From Rikenellaceae bacterium (GTDB lineage Bacteria > Bacteroidota > Bacteroidia > Bacteroidales > Rikenellaceae), in NCBI GenBank assembly GCA_015059685.1, contig SUZW01000005.1, positions 19,931-83,930 of the forward strand: a stretch of 64,000 nt of DNA, given 5' to 3'. The notes under the pieces are model-generated. The model saw only the letters and a list, made by a program, of their open reading frames with translations, searched no databases and was not told the origin of the DNA. Below are positions 42,644-53,611 of the stretch, in pieces (positions within the stretch are counted from its first letter, which is position 1; each line of letters starts with the position of its first letter). Made by a program: the position numbers and the translations under genes.

Positions 42644-45319
42644 ATGAAACACCTAAAAACACTACTATTACTACCAATTTTATTCATTTTTGGCAGCTGT
42701 GCCGAAGGGGGTATTCCCGATGATGGAGGAGACTCTTCATTCTGCGCATCAAAGATGGTTGCAACATCCCCGAACTCTATAACGATAGAGTGGAAGGAGA
42801 GCGCAGATGCCGGTAAGCACTACACCATATCGCTGTTCGACAGGATGGGTGCTGAGCCGATACAAGAGTATATCGTATCGACCGCTGTTGCAGGCCCACG
42901 CTTTACGATACCATACATCAGAAGGGGTGCAACATACTATGTAAAGGTCAAGGACTCGAAGGGTAGGGAGTCGTCGTATGCACAGATGACGACAAATGTA
43001 AAACCTCGAGAGTTTGACAATAACGCTGCCGTAGCCTCAAACTTCGATGCTTCGCCTTGGGGTTTTGACTACATAAACAAAGCACACGGTGTAAAACTCG
43101 ATGGTAAGAGTGTCGGAAGTTTCGACTTCAACTCTATCAACGATGCAGTGAAATATTCGTCGGCAACATCATCTGTGGCGGATGCCGGTGGTCGATTGCA
43201 GAGCTGTAGCGATAAACTTTTGGAGTTGCTCGGGCTATCCGACTATTCGAGCCTTAACGCATACCTCTATCCGGGTTATCTAAGAATTGGTACGAACAGC
43301 TCATCCGGTACGCTCACAACCCCAAAATTGTTGGAGATGCGTGGCAACAATGCGAAAGTCACCGTATCATTTAATGCATGCGCCTACTCCGAGAGTTTGT
43401 CGGCCCAACCGACAAAGTTCTATGTAGATATTGTGGATACTCCGAATGGTGAAGCTATTAAGAGTATCTCCTGCTCGGTAGTCGGTGGCGCACCAAAGTG
43501 GTCGCAGTTGAGCGTTAAGTTCGATAATGTGACCCGTAGCAACTATATTCGCTTCCGCACCGAGGCGGGTGCTCCAATCTTTATCGACGAGATTGAGGTG
43601 CTCGATGACTTTACGATGGCCGAAAGCGAGATTTACGGCTTCGTGAAGGATACAAGCGGCAGCCCTATAGGCGGTGTTTCGGTGTCGAATGGCTTTAAGG
43701 TTGTTCAGACCAGCGAGGATGGTCTTTACACTCTGCCTTACGACAAGCGTTCCAAGTATGTCTATTTCTCTATCCCTGAGGATTGTAAAGTGCCACTCAA
43801 TCAGTATGGACAGAGTTGTTTCTTCAAGGAGATTGAGTCATCACAGAGCCGTTACGACTTTACGCTTGAGCGAGCTGCAAAGGAGGATGAATTCTCGCTA
43901 TTTGTTATCGCCGACACGCACGGTGCAAGCTACAAATATATCGACCGTCTGCACAGAGAGTGCGCTCCGGGTGTAAGGGAGGAGGCCGAGTATCGCAATA
44001 GACCTTGCTACACCGTTATTTTGGGCGATATAGTCTGTGCAAGTACTTCGACCAGCGAGGAGGAGTACTACCAAACGATATATATGGGCACGATGCGTGA
44101 TATGTTCTCGGTATCGAATGTAACGACACCGACATTCTTTGTGATGGGTAACCACGACCACGATCGTCGTTATTTCGACGCTCCGCCATACAGCGACCTC
44201 GTGGAGTTCAACTACCATGTTCAGGATGCCTACGAGAATGTCTTTGGCCCATCGAGCTACTCGTTCAACCGAGGTGATGTACATATTATCTCCATGCGTG
44301 ATATCTTGTGGCCATCATCCTCCATAAAGAACGCTACAAGCTTGAACTGTTACGGAGGCTTCTCCGATGAGCAGGTAGAGTGGTTGCGCCAGGATTTGTC
44401 GTTTGTGCCAAAGAGCAAGATGGTGATACTCTGCGTACACATCCCGCTTCACGCACTCTATGGTTCAACATCGAGTACCTATGGCAAGAAGAATATTACA
44501 AAGGTACTGGATATGTTGAAGCCTTACCCTAATGCACAAGTATTCTCGGGTCACTCGCACCGCAACTCGAATGTTCCGGTAGGACACCCTTTGAATTATT
44601 CGGATGTTAATGAGATGACATTCGTCGGTAACTGGGGTCATACGAGCAATAGATGTATGGGCGATGGCACACCATTCGGCTTTGGTGTCTATGACTTCTC
44701 GGGTGCAAGCATCGAGGACAACTACTTCCGCCCTTGTACCTCTCGAGTATATGACAAAAACTACCAGATGCGTGCATACTTGAGCGATATGTTGATGGGT
44801 ATGGACTTTTCGACACAAAACACAAAGCAGACATACGGCTGGTATGGTAGCTACTACGCTTTGTCGGATACGAAATATATCTATGTCAATATCTTTAACG
44901 CCCACCACAATTGGAATGTTAAGCTCTATATCGATGGCAAGTCGGCAGGCACATTCTCGTATATGACACCTAACAGTTCGGGCGATTGGAGCAATGTTGA
45001 TGTAGCACCATTTACTTGGAGTGGCAATGGTACCGGCACAAAGAGCGACCCTCGTCGTCCATCTTCGTCGGGCAACACCAACGACTGGTGGTATATGGGC
45101 GCACAAGCAAACTTCTGGTCGAGCCCGGGCAAACAAACGCTCAATGGAGCCTGCTACCACATGTATCGCTGCAATATATCAAAGGAGGATGCCGACGCAT
45201 TGAGAAGTGGTACAAAGAAGTTTGAAATCCGTGCTACAGACTCCTATGGCAACACCTATACTTCGTCGAAGTTGTTTACCGTGGATGATGTGCAGGAGTA
45301 TCTCCGTTATGACGATTAG
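42644..45319 (+). CDS. Large calcineurin-like metallophosphoesterase lipoprotein
   Basis: Lipobox FGSC; FN3-like start; GVSVSNG domain; DTH, GD, GNHD, HIP and GHSH motifs; DGTP.G. Confidence 0.8.
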   Translation: MKHLKTLLLLPILFIFGSCAEGGIPDDGGDSSFCASKMVATSPNSITIEWKESADAGKHYTISLFDRMGAEPIQEYIVSTAVAGPRFTIPYIRRGATYYVKVKDSKGRESSYAQMTTNVKPREFDNNAAVASNFDASPWGFDYINKAHGVKLDGKSVGSFDFNSINDAVKYSSATSSVADAGGRLQSCSDKLLELLGLSDYSSLNAYLYPGYLRIGTNSSSGTLTTPKLLEMRGNNAKVTVSFNACAYSESLSAQPTKFYVDIVDTPNGEAIKSISCSVVGGAPKWSQLSVKFDNVTRSNYIRFRTEAGAPIFIDEIEVLDDFTMAESEIYGFVKDTSGSPIGGVSVSNGFKVVQTSEDGLYTLPYDKRSKYVYFSIPEDCKVPLNQYGQSCFFKEIESSQSRYDFTLERAAKEDEFSLFVIADTHGASYKYIDRLHRECAPGVREEAEYRNRPCYTVILGDIVCASTSTSEEEYYQTIYMGTMRDMFSVSNVTTPTFFVMGNHDHDRRYFDAPPYSDLVEFNYHVQDAYENVFGPSSYSFNRGDVHIISMRDILWPSSSIKNATSLNCYGGFSDEQVEWLRQDLSFVPKSKMVILCVHIPLHALYGSTSSTYGKKNITKVLDMLKPYPNAQVFSGHSHRNSNVPVGHPLNYSDVNEMTFVGNWGHTSNRCMGDGTPFGFGVYDFSGASIEDNYFRPCTSRVYDKNYQMRAYLSDMLMGMDFSTQNTKQTYGWYGSYYALSDTKYIYVNIFNAHHNWNVKLYIDGKSAGTFSYMTPNSSGDWSNVDVAPFTWSGNGTGTKSDPRRPSSSGNTNDWWYMGAQANFWSSPGKQTLNGACYHMYRCNISKEDADALRSGTKKFEIRATDSYGNTYTSSKLFTVDDVQEYLRYDD

Positions 45320-45352
45320 ATAAACCGATAAAACAGATATATTTATTTTATT

Positions 45353-46030
45353 ATGGGAAACAAGATTAACGACCCTATTGCCAGACTTATGGGCTTGCGC
45401 TACAAATCGCACCCTTGGCACGGCATAGAGGTGGGCGATAAAGCCCCCGAGGTTATCACTGCGTTTATTGAGATTGTTCCTACCGACACAGTGAAGTATG
45501 AATTGGACAAGGTGAGTGGATATCTGAAGATTGATCGCCCACAGAAATATTCAAATGTTATACCTGCGCTCTACGGCTTCGTTCCACAGAGCTTCTGCGG
45601 TGAGAGCGTAGCAGAGTATTGTATGCAGCAGAGTGGTCGCACCGACATCGTTGGTGATGGTGACCCACTCGATATCTGTGTCTTGACGGAGCGTGATATC
45701 GCTCACGGTGATATCATCGTAAATGTTCGCCCAATCGGAGGTTTCCGTATGTTGGACGGCAACGAGGCTGACGACAAGATTATTGCCGTATTGCGCCACG
45801 ATGTGACATATAGCGGCTACAACGATATTTCGGAGCTGCCAAAGGGTATCATAAATCGTCTGAAGCACTACTTCCTCACATACAAGGATATGCCGGACTC
45901 GGAGTCACAGAAGAAGGTCGAGATTACCGAGGTCTTTGGTCGTGACGAGGCATACGAGGTTATTCAACGCTCGTTAGAGGACTACAAAAACCACTTCAAC
46001 GGCTTGGACGAGATTTTGCGTCATGTATAA
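45353..46030 (+). CDS. ppa: Inorganic pyrophosphatase (family I)
   Basis: HPWH, KYELDK, YGFVPQ, DGDPLD, DDKII. Confidence 0.93.
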   Translation: MGNKINDPIARLMGLRYKSHPWHGIEVGDKAPEVITAFIEIVPTDTVKYELDKVSGYLKIDRPQKYSNVIPALYGFVPQSFCGESVAEYCMQQSGRTDIVGDGDPLDICVLTERDIAHGDIIVNVRPIGGFRMLDGNEADDKIIAVLRHDVTYSGYNDISELPKGIINRLKHYFLTYKDMPDSESQKKVEITEVFGRDEAYEVIQRSLEDYKNHFNGLDEILRHV

Positions 46031-46066
46031 CAGCTATAAAACAATTTAACCCAAAGAGATAGAACG

Positions 46067-46882
46067 ATGTCCGTAGAGAGTAAGGTTAGAGCCGTTACAA
46101 CACTGCGACTCAAGGAGATGAAGGATAGAGGCGAGAAGATTTCGATGCTCACCTCGTACGACTATTCGATGGCAAAGATTGTCGATAAGGCAGGTGTCGA
46201 TGTGATACTTGTCGGTGACTCGGCAGCCAATGTTATGGCGGGTTGGGAGACCACATTGCCAATTACACTCGACCAGATGATATATCACGCCTCGTCGGTT
46301 GTGCGTGCCGTAGAGCGAGCCTTGGTGGTTTGTGATATGCCATTCGGTACATATCAGGGCGACTCGCAGGCTGCGCTCGACTCTGCTATCCGCATTATGA
46401 AGGAGACTGGAGCCGATGCCGTAAAGATGGAGGGTGGCGAGGAGATTTTAGACTCCATAAAGCGTATTTTGACCGCAGGTATCCCTGTTATGGGACACCT
46501 TGGACTGACACCGCAGTCAATCCATAAGTTCGGCACATATAGTGTCCGTGCCAAGGAGGAGGCCGAGGCCGAGAAGTTGGTGCGTGATGCCAAGCTGTTG
46601 CAAGAGGCGGGTTGCTTTGCCATTGTTTTGGAGAAGATTCCTGCAGCCTTGGCCGAGCGAGTATCGAAGGAGTTGTCTATTCCTACTATCGGTATCGGTG
46701 CCGGAGGAGCAACAGATGGACAGGTTTTGGTTGTACACGATATGCTCGGCATAAACAAAGGCTTTTCGCCACGCTTTTTGCGTCGTTATGCCGACCTCTA
46801 CACGGTTATGACTGATGCTATCTCGCACTATGTCGAGGATGTCAAGTCGTGCGACTTCCCTAATGAAAAGGAGCAGTATTAA
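46067..46882 (+). CDS. panB: 3-methyl-2-oxobutanoate hydroxymethyltransferase
   Basis: [38 protein letters not shown]. Confidence 0.96.
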   Translation: MSVESKVRAVTTLRLKEMKDRGEKISMLTSYDYSMAKIVDKAGVDVILVGDSAANVMAGWETTLPITLDQMIYHASSVVRAVERALVVCDMPFGTYQGDSQAALDSAIRIMKETGADAVKMEGGEEILDSIKRILTAGIPVMGHLGLTPQSIHKFGTYSVRAKEEAEAEKLVRDAKLLQEAGCFAIVLEKIPAALAERVSKELSIPTIGIGAGGATDGQVLVVHDMLGINKGFSPRFLRRYADLYTVMTDAISHYVEDVKSCDFPNEKEQY

Positions 46883-46901
46883 AATTCAGAAATATAATGA
46901 C

Positions 46902-46936
46902 AAAGGCGATATTCCACTGCGGGATATCGCTTTTTT
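46902..46936. terminator. Intrinsic terminator
   Basis: AAAGGCGATATTCC-actgc-GGGATATCGCTTTTTT. Confidence 0.75.
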
Positions 46937-46942
46937 ATGTGG

Positions 46943-49441
46943 CTAAAAGCAGAACGAAACCGATGCCTCGTAGGTGCGAGGGTAGGCGTATAGATAGCGT
47001 GTTGCTTGGCGGGAGTAGATATATTCGTCGGCCAGTTTATAACGCTGCAGGCGAGAGGCTTCTCGTGCGCTATAGACCATATTGCGTGAGCCGAGAAGGT
47101 TGCGTACCGAAACCCTGAAAATCAACCTTGCACGAGGATATTTATCGGTAAAGCGTGGTGCCGCCTTCGTTCGGTATATACGCTTGTCGAAACGCTCCAA
47201 GTAGAGCGATTTTGACAACGATACATCAACTGTAAAGGCGTCACGCAGTCGCTCCTGCGCAAGCAGAGCCGAGTGTTGCTCGGGCGATGTTGCCGTAGCC
47301 AAGATACGCTCGGTACGCATCACAATCGAAGGCTCGGCAAAACGCAAACCCGCATAGTTGGCATTTATGGCTGCCCACCAACCACGATTGTAGTACGATA
47401 GCCCCACCGTAGCGGCAATTTGAGGGGCATTGCCAAGCGTAAGATAGCGGGTGTGGCTCTCGACATTATCGACAAGCAAGATGTTCGATGCATCGCTGTA
47501 TATCGAGACACGGGCGTTATCAGCGTATGCGTAACGACCGGCACAAATTGCAGCCGTAGTACGGAAGTGGTCGGCAAAACGATACTCGGCCTCGACCTCC
47601 ACGCCATAACGAACGTTATCTATGCCCGAGATTACCACATCGGCATACTCACCCGAGAGATCGTCGTAGAGGTGTTGCACTCGCAGCTCATCGGTTGTTG
47701 CTATCGCAAAAAGTGTTGCCGAAAGCGAGATATTAGGTTGTTGATAGATATAGCGCAGCTCTCCACCATAACCCCTACGCATCGCAGGCGAGTCAATAAG
47801 GCGGTTGTTGTATTGGCTCTGCAAGAATAGGTCTTCAGCATCACACGCCTTTGCATCAGCCACAATAGAGGCACTAAATATATGGCGGTCATTCAATATA
47901 TAGCCGCCATTGAGCCGTAGGGTATAGGGTGAGAACTTTGCGTGGCGAGATACGCCAAAGGAGTTGTCAGCGAACAGCTCTTTGCGATAGAAACCACGAC
48001 GAGATATATTTGTGTAACCCACTTTTGCCGATGCCCCAACCCAAAAGTTGTCGGTCGTATAGCGATACGAAGCGAATGTTGCTATATCGTAACGACGCAT
48101 AGCGTAGTCGTAACCAAAACGGTCGCCCTCTCCGACATGGCGAGATGGCGCATTGAGGTCGTTTTGCAGGGCGTTGCCGTAGGTATCGTCGTCGATAAGA
48201 AAATAGTCTAAATCGACGATATAGCTCGCACCGAGCAGATCACGCATCTGCTTGTAATTGCGACGATTGTCTATCGTAGCCTCCACGCCATAGTGCAGTG
48301 TGCCACGCTCCAACTTCGAGGAGAACAAGCCACGGAAATCGCTCCGCACAATACGCTCTACACGGTCCGATAGGGCATATATGGCTCCACCATCACCAAG
48401 ATGGTTTGTGGCAATCAACCTATCAAAATCTATCTGCGTATAACGAGCATCATCGGCAAGCCACACCGACTCCACAGCCGAGAATATATCCTCTTCATCG
48501 GCAAAGTAGCTCGGCATATAGCGATAGTTGTCGGGCGCAGGCGTCTGCGCATCAAACCAATCGAGCGAGCTGTAGCGTTCAACGCCTGCTGTCAGCGAAG
48601 CTGTGACCGCAAATTTCGTCTGCTCGGAGATATCTGCCTCGTAGGTTGCCAATGCTGTCGGAACGATCTCTCGTCTTATATGGGCATTGCGCACCTTGCC
48701 ATCTTGATAACCCCACGCAGGGTTGTAGAGGTTATCGCCCGTAAGGCGAAAGGCCTCGGCAGTAGAGTAGAGGCGGCTACTTCGCATCGAAGGCTCGACA
48801 AAGAGGGCCATAGCGAGGCGACTGCGGTCTTTGAACTCCTTGACCGCCACGGCATTTACGCTCACGCTGCTACCAAACAACCCTTCGACAAAGAGATCTC
48901 GACCCGTGCGTGCCAGAACATTTGCCGTAAGCGACCAACCCGCCCCAAGAAGTTGCGCTGTCGAGAACGACACAGAGTAGGGCATATTGCGTGACAAGAA
49001 ACGCACTCCTACATCCGTACCACGCTTGCGTAGGGAGTCAATGTGCAACGCCACCTCACCCATAACACCATTGTCGGAGGTTGAGTTGTGTTGCTCGATA
49101 TGCAGTTGCAGTCGTCGAGCCGTACCACGCCCAAGAAAAGGTATATAGACACCACCGAGAGTCGTTTGGCGTTCAAAAAGAGCCACACCACGCCTTGTGG
49201 AGCGAACGGCCGAGAGATTGTAGTCGAGTGCAAAGGTCGAAAATTGTGCATTAGGGCGGAACTTCGCCACAGCAACGGAGTCGTCATCCTCGGGTTGCAG
49301 AAGCTCCTCCTCGCTCTCGAAGCGACGGTAGTAGCGATAGTCGTAGAGGTCAAATTCCTGTGCGGAAAGACCTTCGTAACACAATGTGAGTAGTGCGATT
49401 AGTAGGCAGCGATACCGTTTTATTCGTGCAGAGCCTGCCAC
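46943..49441 (-). CDS. TonB-dependent receptor-like outer-membrane protein
   Basis: Signal peptide; [14 protein letters not shown] motif, large beta-barrel, C-terminal Phe. GTG start overlaps the obgE stop (start uncertain). Confidence 0.7.
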   Translation of the reverse strand: MAGSARIKRYRCLLIALLTLCYEGLSAQEFDLYDYRYYRRFESEEELLQPEDDDSVAVAKFRPNAQFSTFALDYNLSAVRSTRRGVALFERQTTLGGVYIPFLGRGTARRLQLHIEQHNSTSDNGVMGEVALHIDSLRKRGTDVGVRFLSRNMPYSVSFSTAQLLGAGWSLTANVLARTGRDLFVEGLFGSSVSVNAVAVKEFKDRSRLAMALFVEPSMRSSRLYSTAEAFRLTGDNLYNPAWGYQDGKVRNAHIRREIVPTALATYEADISEQTKFAVTASLTAGVERYSSLDWFDAQTPAPDNYRYMPSYFADEEDIFSAVESVWLADDARYTQIDFDRLIATNHLGDGGAIYALSDRVERIVRSDFRGLFSSKLERGTLHYGVEATIDNRRNYKQMRDLLGASYIVDLDYFLIDDDTYGNALQNDLNAPSRHVGEGDRFGYDYAMRRYDIATFASYRYTTDNFWVGASAKVGYTNISRRGFYRKELFADNSFGVSRHAKFSPYTLRLNGGYILNDRHIFSASIVADAKACDAEDLFLQSQYNNRLIDSPAMRRGYGGELRYIYQQPNISLSATLFAIATTDELRVQHLYDDLSGEYADVVISGIDNVRYGVEVEAEYRFADHFRTTAAICAGRYAYADNARVSIYSDASNILLVDNVESHTRYLTLGNAPQIAATVGLSYYNRGWWAAINANYAGLRFAEPSIVMRTERILATATSPEQHSALLAQERLRDAFTVDVSLSKSLYLERFDKRIYRTKAAPRFTDKYPRARLIFRVSVRNLLGSRNMVYSAREASRLQRYKLADEYIYSRQATRYLYAYPRTYEASVSFCF

Positions 49442-50436
49442 AACATATCCTTCAATTTTGCGATATTAAGACCTGCAACCGAGGATATAAACACCGACTT
49501 CACGCCCTCTGGAAGATGGGCCTTCATCTCCTCGATAAGCTCCTCGTCAAGCATATCGCACTTTGTGATTGCCAAGATGCGACTTTTGTCGAGCAACTCC
49601 GGGTTGTATTGCGTAAGTTCGCCAAGCAGAATTTCGTAATCCTTGCGGATGTCATCACTATCGGCAGGCACCATAAAGAGCAGTATCGAATTTCGCTCAA
49701 TATGGCGAAGGAAACGAGTTCCTAAACCTTTGCCCTCGTGCGCACCCTCGATAATACCCGGAATATCGGCCATAACGAATGAGTGTCCATCACGCACCTC
49801 TACGATACCGAGATTTGGCTCCAAGGTGGTAAAGGCGTAGTTTGCAATCTTCGGTTTTGCAGCCGACACAACCGACAGCAGGGTACTCTTACCAGCATTC
49901 GGGAAGCCTACCAAACCTACATCTGCCAAGACCTTCAATTCGAGGATAAATGCACCCTCGGCACCCTCCTCGCCAGGCTGCGAGTAGCGTGGAGCCTGAT
50001 TTGTAGCGGTGCGGAAGTGCCAATTGCCAAGACCGCCACGGCCACCTTTCAGAAGAACGAGCTGCTCGCCATGCTCGGTTACCTCACCCACAACTTCAGT
50101 ATAGGTTTCGCCTGTCTCCTCGTCAGTAAATACCTGCTTGGCTACCGTGCCAAGAGGTACGGGGATGATGATATCCTTTGCATCTTTGCCGTGTGAGCGT
50201 GCGCCAGAGCCACACTCGCCATCTTCGGCAAATTGGTGACGCTGATATTTGAGGTGGATAAGTGTCCAATATTGTTGGTCGCCCTGCAAGATTATTGAGC
50301 CACCCTTACCGCCATCGCCACCATCGGGGCCACCGAAAGCGACAAACTTCTCACGACGAAAGTGAGCCGAGCCTGCTCCTCCGTGTCCGGAACGGGCAAA
50401 GATCTTTACATAGTCTACGAAATTCGATCCGGCCAT
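49420..50436 (-). CDS. obgE: GTPase Obg/CgtA
   Basis: Gly-rich Obg fold [31 protein letters not shown]. Confidence 0.97.
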   Translation of the reverse strand: MAGSNFVDYVKIFARSGHGGAGSAHFRREKFVAFGGPDGGDGGKGGSIILQGDQQYWTLIHLKYQRHQFAEDGECGSGARSHGKDAKDIIIPVPLGTVAKQVFTDEETGETYTEVVGEVTEHGEQLVLLKGGRGGLGNWHFRTATNQAPRYSQPGEEGAEGAFILELKVLADVGLVGFPNAGKSTLLSVVSAAKPKIANYAFTTLEPNLGIVEVRDGHSFVMADIPGIIEGAHEGKGLGTRFLRHIERNSILLFMVPADSDDIRKDYEILLGELTQYNPELLDKSRILAITKCDMLDEELIEEMKAHLPEGVKSVFISSVAGLNIAKLKDMLWQALHE

Positions 50437-50442
50437 AGCGAA

Positions 50443-52224
50443 TTACATTCTTTCAGGTACATCAATTCCGAGCAAGCGCATCGAGCGATTTATCACTCGT
50501 GCCACCTGTTGTGCCAACGCAAGGCGCATCTTCTTCACAGCCTCGTTCTCCTCACGAAGGATAGAGTGGTCGTGGTAGTAACCGTTAAACGCCTTACACA
50601 ACTCGTAGGTGTACGCTGCAATCATCGAAGGCGCAAACGCCTCGCCCGCAGCCGCTACGGTAGCAGGGTAGTCGCACAACATCTTCACCAACTCAACCTC
50701 CTCCGACAACAACTCGCAAGCAATTTTCTCGCCCTCGAACGAGATATTCTGCTCGGCAGCCTTGCGCAATACGGAGCAGATACGAGCGTGGGTATATTGG
50801 ATAAACGGACCTGTGTTGCCGTTGAAGTCAATTGACTCACGAGGATCAAACAACATCGTCTTCTTCGGATCGACTTTGAGGATAAAGTATTTCAAAGCAC
50901 CTAAACCAACCATCGAACTAATTGCCGAAGCCTCCTCCTCGCTGCAACCATCGAGCTTGCCCAGCTCCTGCGACATCTCACGGGCGGTCGAAATCATCGC
51001 CTCGCACAAATCGTCAGCATCGACTACTGTGCCCTCGCGCGACTTCATCTTACCCTCTGGCAACTCAACCATTCCGTACGAAAGGTGGAAGATATCATCG
51101 CTCCACTCGTAGCCCAACTTTTTGAGTATCAACTTTAATACCTGGAAGTGGTAGTTCTGCTCGTTACCTACGACATAGATAATGCCGTTGAGCGAGTTCT
51201 GCTCGAAACGCTGCAACGCAGTTCCGAGGTCTTGGGTCATATATACCGATGTGCCATCGCCACGAAGCAACAACTTCTGGTCGAGTCCATCGCTTTCAAG
51301 GTCAATCCACACCGAGCCATCCTCCTTGCGGAAGAAGATACCCTTCGCCAAACCCTCCTCGACAAGCCCCTTGCCGAGAATATAGGTCTGCGACTCGTAG
51401 TAAACCTTATCGAAATCAACGCCGAGAGTCTTGTAGGTTACATCGAAACCGTCATAAACCCAGCCGTTCATCTTCTCCCAAAGCGCACGAACTTCGGCAT
51501 CTTTTGCCTCCCACTTGCGCAACATCTCCTGCGCTTCGAGGAGTATCGGAGCCTGCTTCTTTGCCTCCTCCTCACTCATTCCGCCAGCGACGAGCTCTTT
51601 AATCTCCGCCTTGTAGTGCTTGTCGAACTCCACATAGTAGTCGCCTACGAGGTGGTCGCCCTTTTTGCCTGTCGATTCAGGTGTAGCACCATTGCCATAT
51701 CGCAACCACGCAACCATCGACTTGCAGATGTGAATACCTCGGTCATTCACAAGGTTTGCCTTGATGACATTGTGACCGTTAGCCGCCAAAATCTGCGCCA
51801 CCGAGTAACCTAAAAGGTTATTGCGGATATGTCCGAGGTGAAGTGGCTTGTTGGTGTTTGGCGAGGAGTACTCAATCATAATTGTACGACCTGTTGGCTC
51901 TGCCACGCCATAGTTTTCGTTGGCTGCAACCTCCTCGAAACGCTCTACCCAGAACTTCTGGTCGAGCGAGAGGTTAAGAAAGCCCTTGATAACATTGAAC
52001 GAGCTGAACTCGGCAGCCGAAGCGACAACCTTCTCGCCAATCTCGGTAGCCACCGCCTCGGGTGCTTTGCGAGCCATCTTGACAAGTGGGAATACTACGA
52101 GAGTATAGTCGCCCTCGAACTCTTTTCGAGTCTTTTGTATCTGTATCTGCGAGTCGGCAACCTCACCATAGAGTGCCTCCACGGCAGCCTTAACTACGCT
52201 TGAAATGTGTTGTTCGATATTCAT
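50443..52224 (-). CDS. argS: Arginine-tRNA ligase
   Basis: EYSSPNTNKPLHLGH, KMKSREG, GPFIQYTHAR, ends PERM; start at ATG 52224. Confidence 0.97.
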   Translation of the reverse strand: MNIEQHISSVVKAAVEALYGEVADSQIQIQKTRKEFEGDYTLVVFPLVKMARKAPEAVATEIGEKVVASAAEFSSFNVIKGFLNLSLDQKFWVERFEEVAANENYGVAEPTGRTIMIEYSSPNTNKPLHLGHIRNNLLGYSVAQILAANGHNVIKANLVNDRGIHICKSMVAWLRYGNGATPESTGKKGDHLVGDYYVEFDKHYKAEIKELVAGGMSEEEAKKQAPILLEAQEMLRKWEAKDAEVRALWEKMNGWVYDGFDVTYKTLGVDFDKVYYESQTYILGKGLVEEGLAKGIFFRKEDGSVWIDLESDGLDQKLLLRGDGTSVYMTQDLGTALQRFEQNSLNGIIYVVGNEQNYHFQVLKLILKKLGYEWSDDIFHLSYGMVELPEGKMKSREGTVVDADDLCEAMISTAREMSQELGKLDGCSEEEASAISSMVGLGALKYFILKVDPKKTMLFDPRESIDFNGNTGPFIQYTHARICSVLRKAAEQNISFEGEKIACELLSEEVELVKMLCDYPATVAAAGEAFAPSMIAAYTYELCKAFNGYYHDHSILREENEAVKKMRLALAQQVARVINRSMRLLGIDVPERM

Positions 52225-52280
52225 AGTTTTTGCTCTATTTTTCTTTTGTGCGCAAAGATAACGATTTTTTGCCAAAAAAC

Positions 52281-52649
52281 CTATTTCTTAAATATAAAGA
52301 ACACCGCCAGGACAAGGCAGGCGAAACCTGCGATATGGTTCCAGCGGAGGGCTTCGTTTTTCATTATCAGTTGTACGATAACCGCAAAGACCGTAAGCGA
52401 CACGACCTCCTGAATAACCTTCAACTCCCAAATCGAAAATGGACCGCCATACTCCATACTGCCCAAACGGTTTGCGGGCACCATAAAGCAGTACTCGAAA
52501 AATGCTACCAACCAACTGATAAAAATCACGGCAACCAAGCCAATGCGCTCGAATTTGCTCTTAAACATCACCTGACCGTACCACGCCAAGGTCATAAACA
52601 GGTTTGAGCATATCAAAAGTCCTACTGCGGACAAACCTCTTCCAATCAT
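52281..52649 (-). CDS. DMT family small membrane protein (DUF486-like)
   Basis: SNLFMTLAWYG, FFEY...VPANR.G, LKVIQEV. Confidence 0.85.
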   Translation of the reverse strand: MIGRGLSAVGLLICSNLFMTLAWYGQVMFKSKFERIGLVAVIFISWLVAFFEYCFMVPANRLGSMEYGGPFSIWELKVIQEVVSLTVFAVIVQLIMKNEALRWNHIAGFACLVLAVFFIFKK

Positions 52650-52764
52650 AATTTTCTTTGCTTTTAGCCATTAGCCATTAGCCATTGGCTGTTTTTCGTC
52701 GCAAAAGTATTAAAAATTTGGCGAATTGCGACCAAAATTGCCAAAAAATAGATACCTTCGCACT

Positions 52765-53556
52765 ATGAAATTTACTTTAATCACAGGAGCATCATCGGGA
52801 ATAGGACTCTGCTATGCCGAGCAATTTGCCGCAAAAGGCGAAAATATTATCGTTGTAAGCAACCAGCGGGAGCGCAACGAGGAGGTTGCAGCCGACCTTA
52901 AACAACGCTTTGGCGTAGAGGCGGTTGCACTATATGCCGACCTCTCGAAGGCGGACTCTGCCGAGCAGATTTACGAGTGGTGCAAGGAGCGCAACTACGA
53001 GGTCGCAACTCTCGTGAGCAATGCGGGGATTTTGCAGTTCGGAATGTTTCTGCATACCAAGCCCTCGATGGCGGAGTTTATCACAAATCTACACTGCGTA
53101 ACCCCTTCGAAATTGTGCCGACTCTTTGGCGAAGATATGTGCAGTAGGGGAGAGGGTCGCATTTTGATAATGTCATCAATGACGGCTTGGACGCCATATA
53201 TTACAGTGTCGTACTATGCCGCCACAAAGGCATATCTTAAAAGTTTTGCGCAGTCGTTGTGGTACGAGTTTCGCCCCCATGGTGTAACGGTTACTACGGT
53301 CTATCCGGGTGCGGTGGATACTCCTCTCTACACGCTCGAGGAGAAGCATCGCAAGTGGCTTCGTGCCTTTGGCGTGATGATGTCGGCAGAAAAGTTGGCG
53401 AAAGCTGGCATCCGAGCCTTGGAGCGAGGTTGCAGAACTGCTACGCCTGGTTTATTTACGAAGATTGTCGTGGCGGTGTGTAGCATATTGCCGGCACATG
53501 CCTTGCTGCCCGTACTGAAAATTCCCGCAATAAAACGAATACTTGCAAAGTTATAA
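52765..53556 (+). CDS. Short-chain dehydrogenase/reductase
   Basis: TGASSGIG, NAG, YAATK. Confidence 0.9.
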   Translation: MKFTLITGASSGIGLCYAEQFAAKGENIIVVSNQRERNEEVAADLKQRFGVEAVALYADLSKADSAEQIYEWCKERNYEVATLVSNAGILQFGMFLHTKPSMAEFITNLHCVTPSKLCRLFGEDMCSRGEGRILIMSSMTAWTPYITVSYYAATKAYLKSFAQSLWYEFRPHGVTVTTVYPGAVDTPLYTLEEKHRKWLRAFGVMMSAEKLAKAGIRALERGCRTATPGLFTKIVVAVCSILPAHALLPVLKIPAIKRILAKL

Positions 53557-53559
53557 AGC

Positions 53560-53592
53560 AGAAAAGGTGCCGAGATTTTCGGCACCTTTTCT
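53560..53592. terminator. Bidirectional terminator
   Basis: AGAAAAGGTGCCGA-gattt-TCGGCACCTTTTCT between convergent genes. Confidence 0.85.
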
Positions 53593-53611
53593 TCGCTATT
53601 TGTTCACTCCG

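Noticed and set aside
49420-50436. obgE and the downstream receptor both begin MAGS
   Set aside because: Only four residues, and the receptor start is uncertain; most likely coincidence.
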